64,000 bases of DNA from an uncultured bacterium (GCA_964632485.1 CAZWDO010000009.1:76850-140849), one strand, 5' to 3'. Shown: positions 49,135-60,277, counted from the first letter of the stretch. The notes: generated by a model from the sequence alone, not told the origin. Numbers and translations: made by a program.

Positions 49135-50163
49135 ATGCCTTTGTTTAATCACCCGCGAGCTAAAAAACTGATTGCGGAAACGATCGACCGACTGGAACTT
49201 TCGCTTGCAGGTTTGCATATATTCACCGAGGCGGCATCGAATAATTTTGTGGTAACGCCGATCATTGCCGCAATGGCGGGAGCGGAATCGGTAGCCGCGA
49301 TAGCACGGGATTCGGCGTATGGTTCCTTTAAGCAGATCCGCGAAGAGACGTTGCAGCTTGCCGAGTATTGTGGGATTAGTTCTCGGCTTGAAGTTGTTTC
49401 TCATAAAGAGCAAGCATTGCTTGATCGTGCGGACATTGTGACAAATCTCGGTTTTGTGCGTCCTTTGGACGCTGATACGATCGCCATGATAAAACCCGGA
49501 GCCGTTATCCCGTTGATGTTTGAAAAATGGGAATCCCGGCCGGGAGAAATTGATCTGGAACTGTGCCGTCGGAAAAATATATCAGTCGTAGCGACCAATG
49601 AGGACCAGTCATTAGTAAATGTATTCAATTATATGGGTTCCTTGGCGCTAAAAATGGTTTTGGATGGGGCGATCGAGCTTTACAAATCGAGATTGGCTGT
49701 CATCGGAAGAGACAAATTTGCTAAAGCGGTGCATTCTCTGCTTTCAGCCATGGGATTGCATATCGAGCATTTCAGCTCTTTGAACGGAGTTATGGAGAGA
49801 GCGATGCTCGGCAGTTTGGATGCCCTAATAATTGCCGATTATGTGTCGCAAGAATTAATCATCGGCGCTGGCGGTCAAATCGAGGCAGAGGAACTGGCCC
49901 GACTTGCCCCAACTCTGACAGTGATTCCGTTATGTGGAGAAATCGATGTCGTAGGGATTAAGGATAACGGGATTCGAATCCATCCCGAGCATTGCCAGCC
50001 GTATCGCATGTCTCGTACCCTTGCCTATTTAGGCCCACGTCCCGTTATTGAGCTTCATGCCGCCGGATTGAAATCGGCCGAATTGGCGCTCAAGCGGAAA
50101 ATAAGAAATTTGACTGTAAAAGAAAGCAGGCTGTGGTCTGAACTCGCAGAACTTATTGTTTGA
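49135..50163 (+). CDS. Hypothetical protein, possible Rossmann-like fold
   Basis: 342-aa ORF in the operon; ADIVTNLGFVRP and IDLELCRRKNISV resemble 2-hydroxyacid dehydrogenase segments. Confidence 0.6.
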   Translation: MPLFNHPRAKKLIAETIDRLELSLAGLHIFTEAASNNFVVTPIIAAMAGAESVAAIARDSAYGSFKQIREETLQLAEYCGISSRLEVVSHKEQALLDRADIVTNLGFVRPLDADTIAMIKPGAVIPLMFEKWESRPGEIDLELCRRKNISVVATNEDQSLVNVFNYMGSLALKMVLDGAIELYKSRLAVIGRDKFAKAVHSLLSAMGLHIEHFSSLNGVMERAMLGSLDALIIADYVSQELIIGAGGQIEAEELARLAPTLTVIPLCGEIDVVGIKDNGIRIHPEHCQPYRMSRTLAYLGPRPVIELHAAGLKSAELALKRKIRNLTVKESRLWSELAELIV

Positions 50164-50294
50164 AGCTTATGGATTGATTTTCAGAATATAATAATGTGTC
50201 ATTTCAAATTGCATCAATATATCCGATAGTAAACCGAATCTTCCGTTGGTATGAAGATGGGCAACAATGAAAACAAGATTTCAAGGACAGATGA

Positions 50295-51035
50295 ATGTCA
50301 ATTTATATTGATCCCCGTGCGGAAATAGCCAACAATGTCGTCATAGAGGAAGGCGCCATGATAATCGGGCCGAGCAAAGTAGGCGCTGGAAGTATTATCG
50401 GAAATCATGTCGTATTAGGCCACCCGTCCAAGGCGACGATTACTGAAACTCATACTCTACGACAATCCATTGGCGCAAGCATTGGCGAAGGAAGCATTAT
50501 CCGCTCAGGTAGCGTGATCTATGAAAATGTCCAAATCAAGGAGAAATTCCAATGCGGACATAATACTGTAATCCGTGAAGGAGTCTCAATTGGATCGAAT
50601 TGCGCTATTGGCAATAGCTGCATTATTGAATGGGGTACGACCGTTGGGGATAATGCCCGCTTTCAGAATTGTATCACAATCGGAGAAAAAGTTTTGCTTG
50701 GAAAAAATATTTTTATTGGGCCAAATGTAACACTAACGACAGGGCGCTATATGCTTTCAGCTTTGGTGGCCGGAGGCAAACTGACAGATCGTGATTTTCA
50801 GGATATGGAAAAAGAATATTTATCTCAGCCTGGAGTGATTGCCGAGGATGATGTGAGAATTGGCGCCAACGCCGTGGTTCTGGCAGGGGTACGCTTGTAT
50901 TCAGGGGCTGTTGTTTCGGCCGGAGCCGTGATTTCTGTCGACGTGCGAAGCGGATACATGGCTGTTGGGAATCCGGGAAGGGTCTTTGTGTTGGAAAAAA
51001 GCAGAAAGGAACGCACCAGTGATGATGGATTTTGA
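50295..51035 (+). CDS. Left-handed beta-helix acyl/acetyltransferase
   Basis: Hexapeptide repeats, IGANAVVLAGV, AVGNPGR. Confidence 0.88.
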   Translation: MSIYIDPRAEIANNVVIEEGAMIIGPSKVGAGSIIGNHVVLGHPSKATITETHTLRQSIGASIGEGSIIRSGSVIYENVQIKEKFQCGHNTVIREGVSIGSNCAIGNSCIIEWGTTVGDNARFQNCITIGEKVLLGKNIFIGPNVTLTTGRYMLSALVAGGKLTDRDFQDMEKEYLSQPGVIAEDDVRIGANAVVLAGVRLYSGAVVSAGAVISVDVRSGYMAVGNPGRVFVLEKSRKERTSDDGF

Positions 51036-52293
51036 ACAATTGAATATCGGTGACGAAAAAGTATTCCTTCATTGTATAGAGGCGGAAGATGTTGATCGAT
51101 TCGCTGCGTTGTCAGGAGATGATAATCCGCTGCACATGGATGAGGGCTTCGCGAAGTCCATGGGATACCGAAGTCGGGTCGTTCATGGGATTTTATCCAT
51201 GGCCTATATTTCCAAACTGATCGGTATGGATTTACCGGGCCCTGGAGCATTGTGGACGGAGCAGAGATTCCGGTTTCTGAAGCCTGTTTATATAGGAGAT
51301 GAAATCGAATACAGGGTGAGAGTCCAGCATAAATCTAGCTCGACGCGGATGTTGGTTATCCATATATCCGCACATAATCAATCCGGGGAGAAGATTCTCG
51401 ATGGGGAGGGACATGTTGCCTTATTATCTTCCGATCGGGCGGCTGTAGCATTTGCTAATGGTTTTGAATCCATCCGGACAGTGGCGAATGTGTCCGCTAT
51501 AGAAGGGAGCGCTTTTAGTAATATCAAAGCGGGAGATTCGCAGCAGTCAAGTAAGACTTTGGCCCTAATTACGGGTTCATCGCGGGGCATTGGATCGGCG
51601 ATTGCGACTCAAATTGCCGCATTGGGAATACCGGTAATTGTTAATTATCATACAAATCGATTAGAAGCTGAAAAAGTATGCCAGCGCATTGAAGAATCAG
51701 GTGGCCGGGCCATAGCCATTCAAGCCGATGTTACGAATCGAATGGATTTGGAGGAGATGATTAAGCGTGGTGAAAGTGAATTGCGCGGAACAATATCAAT
51801 TTTAGTCAACAATGCCGGAGGTAGTATTCCAGTTAAAAATTTTTTGGAAAGTGAATGGCAAGAAATTGATCGCCATTGGCAGATACAGGTGAAAGCGGCT
51901 TTTGATTGTACGCAATTAGTTTTGCCTGGGATGATCCAAGATGGATGGGGGCGAATTGTGAATATCGGTTCCATTTTCACATGGGGAGTTCCGCCTAACA
52001 ATCTCACTGGATATGTCATCGCTAAAAACGGGTTGAAAGGATTGACGAAGAGCCTGGCAAACGAATTCGGTCCCAAGGGGATAACTGTCAATATGATTTC
52101 TCCCGGAATGACTGAGACAGAGCTGATTGCGGATATTCCGGAACGGATACGAAAAGTGAACGCCATGCAAACACCCTTGCGGCGCTTAGCCTCTCCGCGG
52201 GATATTGCCGGTGTCGTGGCCATGCTGGTCTCACCCGCGGGGAATTACATCAACGGCGCCGACATTCCCGTCTGTGGCGGAAAGGAAATGTAA
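51022..52293 (+). CDS. MaoC (hot-dog) dehydratase fused to FabG-like SDR ketoreductase
   Basis: FAALSGDDNPLH..VVHG hydratase motif; TGSSRGIG, NNAG, YVIAK SDR motifs; likely start 51022. Confidence 0.9.
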   Translation: MMDFEQLNIGDEKVFLHCIEAEDVDRFAALSGDDNPLHMDEGFAKSMGYRSRVVHGILSMAYISKLIGMDLPGPGALWTEQRFRFLKPVYIGDEIEYRVRVQHKSSSTRMLVIHISAHNQSGEKILDGEGHVALLSSDRAAVAFANGFESIRTVANVSAIEGSAFSNIKAGDSQQSSKTLALITGSSRGIGSAIATQIAALGIPVIVNYHTNRLEAEKVCQRIEESGGRAIAIQADVTNRMDLEEMIKRGESELRGTISILVNNAGGSIPVKNFLESEWQEIDRHWQIQVKAAFDCTQLVLPGMIQDGWGRIVNIGSIFTWGVPPNNLTGYVIAKNGLKGLTKSLANEFGPKGITVNMISPGMTETELIADIPERIRKVNAMQTPLRRLASPRDIAGVVAMLVSPAGNYINGADIPVCGGKEM

Positions 52294-52305
52294 ACCGGTA
52301 AGTTT

Positions 52306-54171
52306 ATGATTGAAGTATCAATAAAAAGAAAGATAGAGTCATTAATCCAATCAGGAGCAACGGATGAGGCGCTTGTCGAACTGAATCGGATAGCCAGGCA
52401 AGTGGCCTATAGCTCCGACGCCGGGTACCTGATTAGCCAATACCAAGCCATAAGCGTATCGTTTCCGCTACGAAAATTAGCTGTTTTGAGATCCTATACT
52501 CTGGAGCCGCTGATTCCTTTCATTCGTTGTTACGGATACAGCTTTGGGATATCGTTCGATATCCAATTGGGCGGTTATAATACCTTTTATCAGGAGTTGA
52601 CCACTGATGATGCTTTTCTGGTAAAAATGGCTCCGGATATTGTGTTGATCGCATTAAGCGCCTCGGATGTACTTCCACGGCACTGGTTTGAGTTTACACA
52701 GTCTCGTTGTGAGGACTTGGATCGCGAAAGTGAGCGGCTTCTGACTGATTTACGATCCGCTTTGGAGACTTTTCGCAGGAAATCCGATGCGACAATACTG
52801 ATCCATAATTTTGACATTCCGGTATATGCGCAGCAGGGAGTTCTGGATGTCCGATCTGCGGGAGGGCAGATAGAGCGTATTGCTCGTCTGAACCAACGAT
52901 TGCAGGAGTTATGTAGTCTTTATCCGGGTTGCTATGTATTTGATTATCAGGGATTGGTGGCTAACAACGGTCGGTTTCGGTGGTACGATGAATACAAATG
53001 GGCGACGATGCGAATGCCATTGGCAGCTCATTCAATACCGCTGTTGGCGATGGAGCATTTTCATTATTTTCTGCCCATAATGGGCAAGACTTGTAAGGCA
53101 TTGGCGATAGATCTTGATAATACCCTCTGGGGCGGCGTTATCGGGGAGGATGGACTCGAAGGTATTCAACTGGGTATCGAATATCCCGGTGTTGCGTTTC
53201 GTCGGCTTCAGCAGGCGATATTGGACTTGTTTCATCGTGGAATAATACTAGCAATATGCAGCAAAAACAACAGGGAGGATGCAATTCAGGTTTTCAAAGA
53301 GCATCCGTACATGATTCTGAAAATGGAACATTTTGCGGCAATGCGGATCAATTGGCAGGACAAAGCGGCCAATCTACGGGAATTGGCAAAGGAAATCAAC
53401 ATCGGATTGGATTCCATGGCGTTTTTGGATGACAATCCCTATGAACGCGATCTCATCCGGCAGGAGCTTCCAAGTGTTATGGTTTTCGATCTTCCGGATC
53501 AGCCCATGGAGTATTCCAATTGTCTGCGATCTCAACCATTTTTCCAAAAATTGAACGTGTCAAAAGAGGATAGAGAACGCGGCCGCTATTATGCGGAACA
53601 ACGCCAACGCATAGAATGGATGGAGTCGGCTTCAGATATGGAAAGCTTCTTGAAATCACTGGACATGGAGGTTGCCATCAAACCTGTCAATGCCCTTACC
53701 CTTCAGCGGGTTGCGCAGCTAACTCAGAAAACTAACCAGTTCAATCTAACGACCCGGCGTTATTCGGAACAGCAAATCTCTGAAATGATGAACCGGGATG
53801 ATTATGAAATTATAACTTTATCACTGTACGACCGCTTTGGTGACAACGGATTGGTAGGAGTGGCAATTATCCAGTACTTTATGGATAAGGCTATAATAGA
53901 CACATTTTTGTTGAGCTGCAGAGTTATCGGACGAAAGGCGGAAACAGCTCTTTTGGCTTACATTATTGAACAAGCGGTGAAAAAAGGAAAAGAATCTGTT
54001 GAAGGCTGGTATTTGCGTACAGCAAAAAATGAGCCGGCCCGGGATTTTTATCCACAACATGAATTTAGCGCTGTCGAGAAGAATGCTAACAACATTCGTT
54101 GGCAATTAGACATACGCATGAATTCAGTCCCATACCCGGATGTCTTTAAATATAACTTGTCAGGGAGTTAA
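52306..54171 (+). CDS. FkbH-like HAD-IIIC phosphatase / glyceryl-ACP synthase
   Basis: DLDNTLWGG, CSKNN, FLDDNPYE, KTNQFNLT, DRFGDNG, LSCRV. Confidence 0.92.
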   Translation: MIEVSIKRKIESLIQSGATDEALVELNRIARQVAYSSDAGYLISQYQAISVSFPLRKLAVLRSYTLEPLIPFIRCYGYSFGISFDIQLGGYNTFYQELTTDDAFLVKMAPDIVLIALSASDVLPRHWFEFTQSRCEDLDRESERLLTDLRSALETFRRKSDATILIHNFDIPVYAQQGVLDVRSAGGQIERIARLNQRLQELCSLYPGCYVFDYQGLVANNGRFRWYDEYKWATMRMPLAAHSIPLLAMEHFHYFLPIMGKTCKALAIDLDNTLWGGVIGEDGLEGIQLGIEYPGVAFRRLQQAILDLFHRGIILAICSKNNREDAIQVFKEHPYMILKMEHFAAMRINWQDKAANLRELAKEINIGLDSMAFLDDNPYERDLIRQELPSVMVFDLPDQPMEYSNCLRSQPFFQKLNVSKEDRERGRYYAEQRQRIEWMESASDMESFLKSLDMEVAIKPVNALTLQRVAQLTQKTNQFNLTTRRYSEQQISEMMNRDDYEIITLSLYDRFGDNGLVGVAIIQYFMDKAIIDTFLLSCRVIGRKAETALLAYIIEQAVKKGKESVEGWYLRTAKNEPARDFYPQHEFSAVEKNANNIRWQLDIRMNSVPYPDVFKYNLSGS

Positions 54172-54177
54172 TAACGA

Positions 54178-54420
54178 ATGGAACCGATTAATTACCGTGT
54201 GGTTGAAATTATTGCGGATGTTTTCAATCTTGAATCGTCGCAAGTTCAGATGGATGCCAGTCCCGACACCATTGAGGAGTGGGATTCCATCCAGCATCTC
54301 AACATCGTTTTAGCTTTGGAACAGGAATTCCATCTTCAGTTCTCGCCTGAGGAAATTTCCGAGATGTTGAATGTGGAGTTGATTGTAATGCTGATAGCTG
54401 AAAAGCTGAGTAAGAACTGA
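54178..54420 (+). CDS. Acyl carrier protein
   Basis: Acidic 80-aa protein with WDSIQHL phosphopantetheine serine motif. Confidence 0.92.
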   Translation: MEPINYRVVEIIADVFNLESSQVQMDASPDTIEEWDSIQHLNIVLALEQEFHLQFSPEEISEMLNVELIVMLIAEKLSKN

Positions 54421-54444
54421 TATGGCAAAGGAGTTCTCCAATAA

Positions 54445-55923
54445 ATGAAGATTCTGCTAATTGTGCCGCCTAACGTCGAAGGGCAAATGACTGATCGTGA
54501 AGATCGCCATTCCGGTTTTGCTTCGGGAATGTATCCGCCTTATACGGCCGCTCAGATATTAAGCGCCTTGCGTTTGAAGTATTCGGAGATTGATATGTCA
54601 GCCATCGATGGCAGAATTGATTACATCAGCCATTCATCGCTGTTAAGTCGAATCGACGAATTAAATCCCGATTTAATCATCTGCCTGATGGGTGTCTATA
54701 TGATCCAGGAAGACCGGGTATTTGCCGAATTATCATACCCGACTATTGGCGTGCTTTGCCCGTCATCTGTAAGCCCCCGGGAAGCCATTGAGCTTTTCAA
54801 ACTGAAAACCCCCTACTTCACTAAGAGCGAAATTGAAAATACGTTAGTGGAGGCTGTGGGAGAATTTAAGAACAAAGGACTAATAGAAAAATCTTGCGGA
54901 TTGTTAATCAATGGGGAAACCGGAATTAGAGATACAGGGGATCAAAAGACTCTTGATATTTCATGGCTACCTATCCCCGCTTTCGACATGTTTCCTATGG
55001 ATCGCTATTTTACCTATCAGCGAGATGTTTTGAAATGGCACTGGGAGTTTGGAAAAAATAAGTATATGTGGATGGTGACTTCAAAAGGGTGTGTTAAAAA
55101 ATGCCTTTATTGTGATTCAAGTTGCATTAATCCAGTATATAAAAGCCCCCGTCAGGTCGTGGATGAGTTGCGGCACTACGTGGCGACTTATCAAGTTCGC
55201 CATTTCGATTTTTTTGACAGCGAATTTACGGTCAATCCCAAAAGGAGCAAGGATATCTGCCGTCTGATTTTTGAAGAAAAGCTTGGGATTACATGGGTAG
55301 CGCACAATATTGTCGATTTTGCCGATGATGAACTGATGGAGTTGATGAGTCGGGCGGGTTGTATTAAATTAAAATATGGACTTGAGACAGGGGATGATAA
55401 TATTAAAAGAAAAATAAATAAACCATGGACAATGCAGCAAGCCCATAAAGCTTTTAGCTTGACGAAAAAATATGGAATGAAAGTGCATGCAAATTTTATG
55501 GTAGGTTTTCTTGGAGAAAACAGGGAAAGCCTTAAAAAAACATACAAGGCATTCATGGAACTAAAACCGGATATTGCCTGTAGTTCGATATTATTTCCTT
55601 CGCCGGGATCTAAGTTCTATTATGAACTCAAAAAAGAAGGGTTACTTTTAGAGACCAACTGGAGCGAATATAAAAATTACCGTAAAATGATTTTTAAGCA
55701 TGATACATACAGTAATTGGGAAGAAATTGTTAAAAATTACCACTGGTTAGAGCAGAAAATAGCTTTTGGATTAGCGGTTAATAACTTATTCATAAATAAA
55801 AATCAAAAATTTATAATTCGTATATTAAATGTATTAAAGTCAATTCAACTGCTTAAAAGAATAATTTTAAAGCTGCCATACTTTAATAAGATGCTAGTTG
55901 ACCTCATGCATAGAACTGATTAA
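54445..55923 (+). CDS. Radical SAM enzyme, probably B12-binding (class B-like)
   Basis: TSKGCVKKCLYC (Cx3Cx2C), GLETG, FMVGFLGE; N-terminal B12-binding-like domain. Confidence 0.82.
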   Translation: MKILLIVPPNVEGQMTDREDRHSGFASGMYPPYTAAQILSALRLKYSEIDMSAIDGRIDYISHSSLLSRIDELNPDLIICLMGVYMIQEDRVFAELSYPTIGVLCPSSVSPREAIELFKLKTPYFTKSEIENTLVEAVGEFKNKGLIEKSCGLLINGETGIRDTGDQKTLDISWLPIPAFDMFPMDRYFTYQRDVLKWHWEFGKNKYMWMVTSKGCVKKCLYCDSSCINPVYKSPRQVVDELRHYVATYQVRHFDFFDSEFTVNPKRSKDICRLIFEEKLGITWVAHNIVDFADDELMELMSRAGCIKLKYGLETGDDNIKRKINKPWTMQQAHKAFSLTKKYGMKVHANFMVGFLGENRESLKKTYKAFMELKPDIACSSILFPSPGSKFYYELKKEGLLLETNWSEYKNYRKMIFKHDTYSNWEEIVKNYHWLEQKIAFGLAVNNLFINKNQKFIIRILNVLKSIQLLKRIILKLPYFNKMLVDLMHRTD

Positions 55924-55934
55924 TAGAGAATAAT

Positions 55935-57059
55935 ATGAAAATTGGAATGTTTGGAAATGTGCTCAACTGGGGTTATTTGTTGGGAAAAGCTTTAATATTA
56001 AGTGGTCATGAAGTAGATCTATTTCTTAAAATTGATGAAAACATTAAATGCTATGATCCAAGCTGGGAAGATGATGATTTTGATATCCAATCAAATAAAT
56101 GGATACATTATGAAAACCTAAAGTTGAGCAATATCTTCAATCTTCGGTTTAGAAGTAAGTTATTAAAGACAATGAATGTTTTTGATGTATTGATTGCAAT
56201 CGGAGAATATGCGATATGGGTTTCACAAGCTCAAAAACCATATATAGTGATCAGTTATGGAGGTGATTTAGACGAGTTACTCAAAGTTAAGTGTTCTGTT
56301 AAGAGCATTTTGTTATCTAGGTTGCTCAAGTCATCATTCAGAAAAGCTGCGAGATTTATATATGCTCTTCCCACTCAAAGAGCACTGATAAATAAGCATA
56401 AAATAAAAAATAGTTTGTTTAAATCAAATGTTGTACCGATTGATGTGAAAAAGTACTTAATGTTAGATGATGAAAAAAAAGCGATTTTTCGGAGTAAATA
56501 TTCAGAGCAGTATGTCTTTTTCCATCCTGCAAGACAAGAATGGCGTCTTAAGGATTCAAACGATAAAGGGAATGATCGGTTATTTTATGCGTTTGCAAGA
56601 TTCGTTTGTAAAAACTGCTCAAACTCCTTATTAATTGCAATTGAAAAGGGGAGAGATGTTAATAATAGTAAACAGCTTGTTAAGGAACTTGGAATTGAAC
56701 GCAATGTGTCATGGCGTGGGGAGATGAATAAAGAAGATTTAATCAAAATGTTTAACAGTGTGGATGCATTGTTTGATCAATTCGTTTATGGTTATTATGG
56801 AGTACTTGATCTTGAGGCGATGTCATGCGGATTACCAGTTTTCACATACATAAATGTCGAAACAGCAAAAAATATAGAGTTGCCATCCATTTTCAATGTT
56901 AGTTCAATAGATGAAATTTATACTCAAATGATAAGATTTTCTCAAGGACAGTTAGAATATTCACCCGAAGGACTCTCAAATTGGGTTAAGAAGCATCATG
57001 ACAGCAATAGAATTGCCAATGAACTTATTGAAATAATAAATCAGTATTGTAATGCTTGA
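55935..57059 (+). CDS. GT4-like glycosyltransferase
   Basis: DQFVYGYYGVLDLEAMSCGLPV motif; KG motif. Confidence 0.82.
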   Translation: MKIGMFGNVLNWGYLLGKALILSGHEVDLFLKIDENIKCYDPSWEDDDFDIQSNKWIHYENLKLSNIFNLRFRSKLLKTMNVFDVLIAIGEYAIWVSQAQKPYIVISYGGDLDELLKVKCSVKSILLSRLLKSSFRKAARFIYALPTQRALINKHKIKNSLFKSNVVPIDVKKYLMLDDEKKAIFRSKYSEQYVFFHPARQEWRLKDSNDKGNDRLFYAFARFVCKNCSNSLLIAIEKGRDVNNSKQLVKELGIERNVSWRGEMNKEDLIKMFNSVDALFDQFVYGYYGVLDLEAMSCGLPVFTYINVETAKNIELPSIFNVSSIDEIYTQMIRFSQGQLEYSPEGLSNWVKKHHDSNRIANELIEIINQYCNA

Positions 57060-58497
57060 ACATATAAAAAAAATCCTAAGCCATACTACTTTATACGGCT
57101 TTGCAAGTTTATCTAACATTGTATCTGGTTTAGTCCTTCTCCCCTTCTATTTAAAGTATCTTTCAATTGAAGAATTTGCATATTTTTCTTTAATAATGAA
57201 TTTTGGGACACTGATAGTGTATATTGTGGATCTCGGGTTAATCACGTCAATTGTGCGACTATACTACGATATGAGTGATGATATAAACGAAGTTAAAAAG
57301 CTTTTCTCCACTGGGTTAATTGCTTATTCAGTTCTATCTCTACTAGTAATCACATTTGTTTTTTTTTCTCGTTTTAAATTGAATTCTTTTATTACGAACA
57401 GTAGAACTGATCCTTTATTGATCTTATTAATGACGGGAATTGCGTGCTTGAATTTGATCTTTTGCGTTCCTCAAAATATGCTCAGAGTCAGATTTGAGCC
57501 AAGTAAATATTTCTTATTGTCTATTCTGAAGTCGGTATTGACAGTACTGATTCTATTTTCTTTTATTATGATATTTAAAAATAAGTTGATTTTTATATTT
57601 ATGACATTTTTAAATGTCTCTTTATTAGTCACATTCTTAGGATTATTTATTAATTATAGGTATTTTAGCATTTCATTTTCTGCAAAATTGCTAAAAACAA
57701 TACTATTGATTGGGCTGCCTTTCTGGCCAACATTAATTTTTACATGGTTGATAGACTCATCTAACATCTTTTTCATAAAGCATTTTGTTTCTTTAGAAAG
57801 CTCAGCGGTATATTCATTTGGACATAAAATCGGCCAAATAGTATACTATATTGTCACTTCTTTCGCGATAGCCTGGATTCCAATTTCATTCAGAATTAAA
57901 GAAAATGAAGCAACTCCGCAATTAACTTTATCGCGGATTTTTAATTGGTACGTTTTGGTGCTATCTTCGATTTCATTGTTTCTCTGCATGATTAGCTATA
58001 GATTTATATATTTTTTTGCTAAAAGCGAGTATTATGCGGCTACATCCATTATTCCAATAATCGCTTTTGGATACATAATGTATGGAGTATATTATTATTT
58101 TCTGACAGGAATACTATATTCAAAAAAACTTTATTTACAGACCTATACATTAATGGCAGCGGCTGTTTTAAACATTCTTTTAAACCTATTTCTTGTACCG
58201 AAATTTACACTTATAGGTTCAAGTATAGCTTTGGTAATGTCTTATCTCACAGCGGCCTTAGTAGCGCTTTACTTTTCACAAAAGCAGTTTTATATACCAT
58301 ATCAATTCAACAGATTAGCCAAATCAGTTGGATCAGTATTATTGACATATGGTATTTTTATCAAAATAGATAATTTAATCCCAAATATATATTTACATTT
58401 GTTCTTTGGAATAATTATTTATTTTGTGTTCATTAGCATACTAAAGCTTATTGATATTCGATCCCTATACAATTCAGTAGTCAATGCCTACGGATAA
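57052..58497 (+). CDS. wzx: Wzx-type polysaccharide flippase
   Basis: Many TM segments, LLPFY, DLGL, LNILLNLFLVP patterns. Confidence 0.85.
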   Translation: MLEHIKKILSHTTLYGFASLSNIVSGLVLLPFYLKYLSIEEFAYFSLIMNFGTLIVYIVDLGLITSIVRLYYDMSDDINEVKKLFSTGLIAYSVLSLLVITFVFFSRFKLNSFITNSRTDPLLILLMTGIACLNLIFCVPQNMLRVRFEPSKYFLLSILKSVLTVLILFSFIMIFKNKLIFIFMTFLNVSLLVTFLGLFINYRYFSISFSAKLLKTILLIGLPFWPTLIFTWLIDSSNIFFIKHFVSLESSAVYSFGHKIGQIVYYIVTSFAIAWIPISFRIKENEATPQLTLSRIFNWYVLVLSSISLFLCMISYRFIYFFAKSEYYAATSIIPIIAFGYIMYGVYYYFLTGILYSKKLYLQTYTLMAAAVLNILLNLFLVPKFTLIGSSIALVMSYLTAALVALYFSQKQFYIPYQFNRLAKSVGSVLLTYGIFIKIDNLIPNIYLHLFFGIIIYFVFISILKLIDIRSLYNSVVNAYG

Positions 58498-58509
58498 TTC
58501 TTAAATTGA

Positions 58510-59535
58510 ATGAGGTTGAACATGGTTTATAAATGTATTAATTGTAATTCACAATTGATAGAACATATAGATTATCTTGATTGTGAAAAATGTAAAAGAA
58601 CATACCCTAGAATATCGAAAGTACTTGTTTTTGATGATGAAAATGATCGGAACTGGAGCAATTTCTATGATGATTGGCATGAGAATGTAACAAAAAAAAA
58701 TATCGCAAAAGGAACCCCACGTATTTTATCTAAAATCAAAAAAAATATTTTGATAGAATCGTTTAAACGAGTTGGGTTTTACCATGAATATAGAAAAACA
58801 GCTTTTATAAAAGATGCCTTAAAAAAACAGAAATCATTACAAATACTGGATGTTGGATGCGGTAAAGGCAATCCCATTTTGAGCGCGTATGGAAATGTGT
58901 ATGGGGTGGATTTAAGCATGAATGCATTGTTATATAATAATCATAATTTTAACTATACTGAATTAATAAAATGCAATATTTATACATTGCCTTTTTTTGA
59001 TAACCAATTTGATTTGTTGGTGAATATTTTTGTGTTTGGTCATATTGAATTCAATAAAAAGGATGAACTTTTAAGAGAATTTTATCGGGTTTTGAAACCT
59101 GATGGACAATTGATCATGATTGTAGAAACAGACAACAACAATTTTGTATTAAGATTCGCAAAAAAATACCCGGATATTTATCAAAACAGGGTAGTTATGC
59201 AATATGGACATATAGGCATGGAATCTGTAAAACAGACTATTGAAAGAATTAAAAATAATAATTTTATAATTATTAAACGAAATAAAACGTGGGGGCCTTT
59301 ATGGAGTATTAACGATTATATTGAAGTTTTTGATAATGAATATAAAGATAAATCTGTATTTATACGTCTATTTATTCGTATTTGTAAGGTGCTTAAGAAA
59401 AATCGACTGGTTGAAATTGTTTTTAATGCATTGTTAGGTTTGCTATCAATGATTTATGATTCAATTACAAAGTTAGATAATTCGATGGGATTGATGATTT
59501 TTGCGAGAAAATTTAAAGCGGAGCTTTATGAATAA
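58510..59535 (+). CDS. Class I SAM methyltransferase with N-terminal zinc ribbon
   Basis: CINC/CEKC, ILDVGCGKG, LPFFDNQFD, RVLKPDG. Confidence 0.87.
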   Translation: MRLNMVYKCINCNSQLIEHIDYLDCEKCKRTYPRISKVLVFDDENDRNWSNFYDDWHENVTKKNIAKGTPRILSKIKKNILIESFKRVGFYHEYRKTAFIKDALKKQKSLQILDVGCGKGNPILSAYGNVYGVDLSMNALLYNNHNFNYTELIKCNIYTLPFFDNQFDLLVNIFVFGHIEFNKKDELLREFYRVLKPDGQLIMIVETDNNNFVLRFAKKYPDIYQNRVVMQYGHIGMESVKQTIERIKNNNFIIIKRNKTWGPLWSINDYIEVFDNEYKDKSVFIRLFIRICKVLKKNRLVEIVFNALLGLLSMIYDSITKLDNSMGLMIFARKFKAELYE

Positions 59536-60277
59536 AGAGTTTATTTTTACTTATGATCAATATATACAATTCTTGAAATTCTCCTTAAATTATCGAAAAT
59601 TTTCCTTTTTTAATTCTGAAGAACAGCAAGACATCTTTATATTAAGACATGATATTGATGTTTTTTTACAGCCTGCGGTCAAGATTGCATTGCTCGAGAA
59701 GGAAATCGATATTTCGTCGACTTTTTTTTTATTACAGACTAGTCCTTGTTATAACCCAAATACACAAAACAATCATAAAATGATAATGGAAATTATCAAT
59801 CTTGATCATCAGATTGGATTGCATTTCGATCCTCTGGTATATCAAACTATCGATATAAATGTACTTTCACAAAAACTGGCTCAAGAAAGAGATTGTTTGG
59901 AACAATTAATTGGGAGAAAAGTGAGTTGTTTCAGTTTGCATAATCCATCAGTATCAGGTCAAATGCCTCAATTAGATACTGACATGATAAATGCATATAG
60001 CATAAATTATTTTAATAATGATTCATATTTATCAGATTCTTGTCGAAATTTTCGGGGGAAGAACCCTTATGACTTTGTACAGAAAGTAAAATCTAAGAAA
60101 GCCCAGCTTCTATTTCATCCATTTCATTTTTCAGAACACGAAGTAGGTTATAAGAAACTTTTTCTGAATTATACTCAAAGATTTCTGGAGGATATTGATG
60201 AAGTATTTAGGATTAATTCTCAATACAATAGAGAATTACCTGATGGGTTATCAACAAATTTTATGAGATGTCAGTAA
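59528..60277 (+). CDS. Polysaccharide deacetylase-like protein (WbmS-like)
   Basis: LRHDID, STFF, IGLHFD, SLHNP, YLSDS, LFHP motifs. Confidence 0.78.
   Translation: MNKEFIFTYDQYIQFLKFSLNYRKFSFFNSEEQQDIFILRHDIDVFLQPAVKIALLEKEIDISSTFFLLQTSPCYNPNTQNNHKMIMEIINLDHQIGLHFDPLVYQTIDINVLSQKLAQERDCLEQLIGRKVSCFSLHNPSVSGQMPQLDTDMINAYSINYFNNDSYLSDSCRNFRGKNPYDFVQKVKSKKAQLLFHPFHFSEHEVGYKKLFLNYTQRFLEDIDEVFRINSQYNRELPDGLSTNFMRCQ

Noticed and set aside
52306-54420. FkbH + ACP as a polyketide/tetronate secondary-metabolite cluster
   Set aside because: No ketosynthase, FabH-like or NRPS gene; neighbours are GT, flippase and sugar-nucleotide enzymes.
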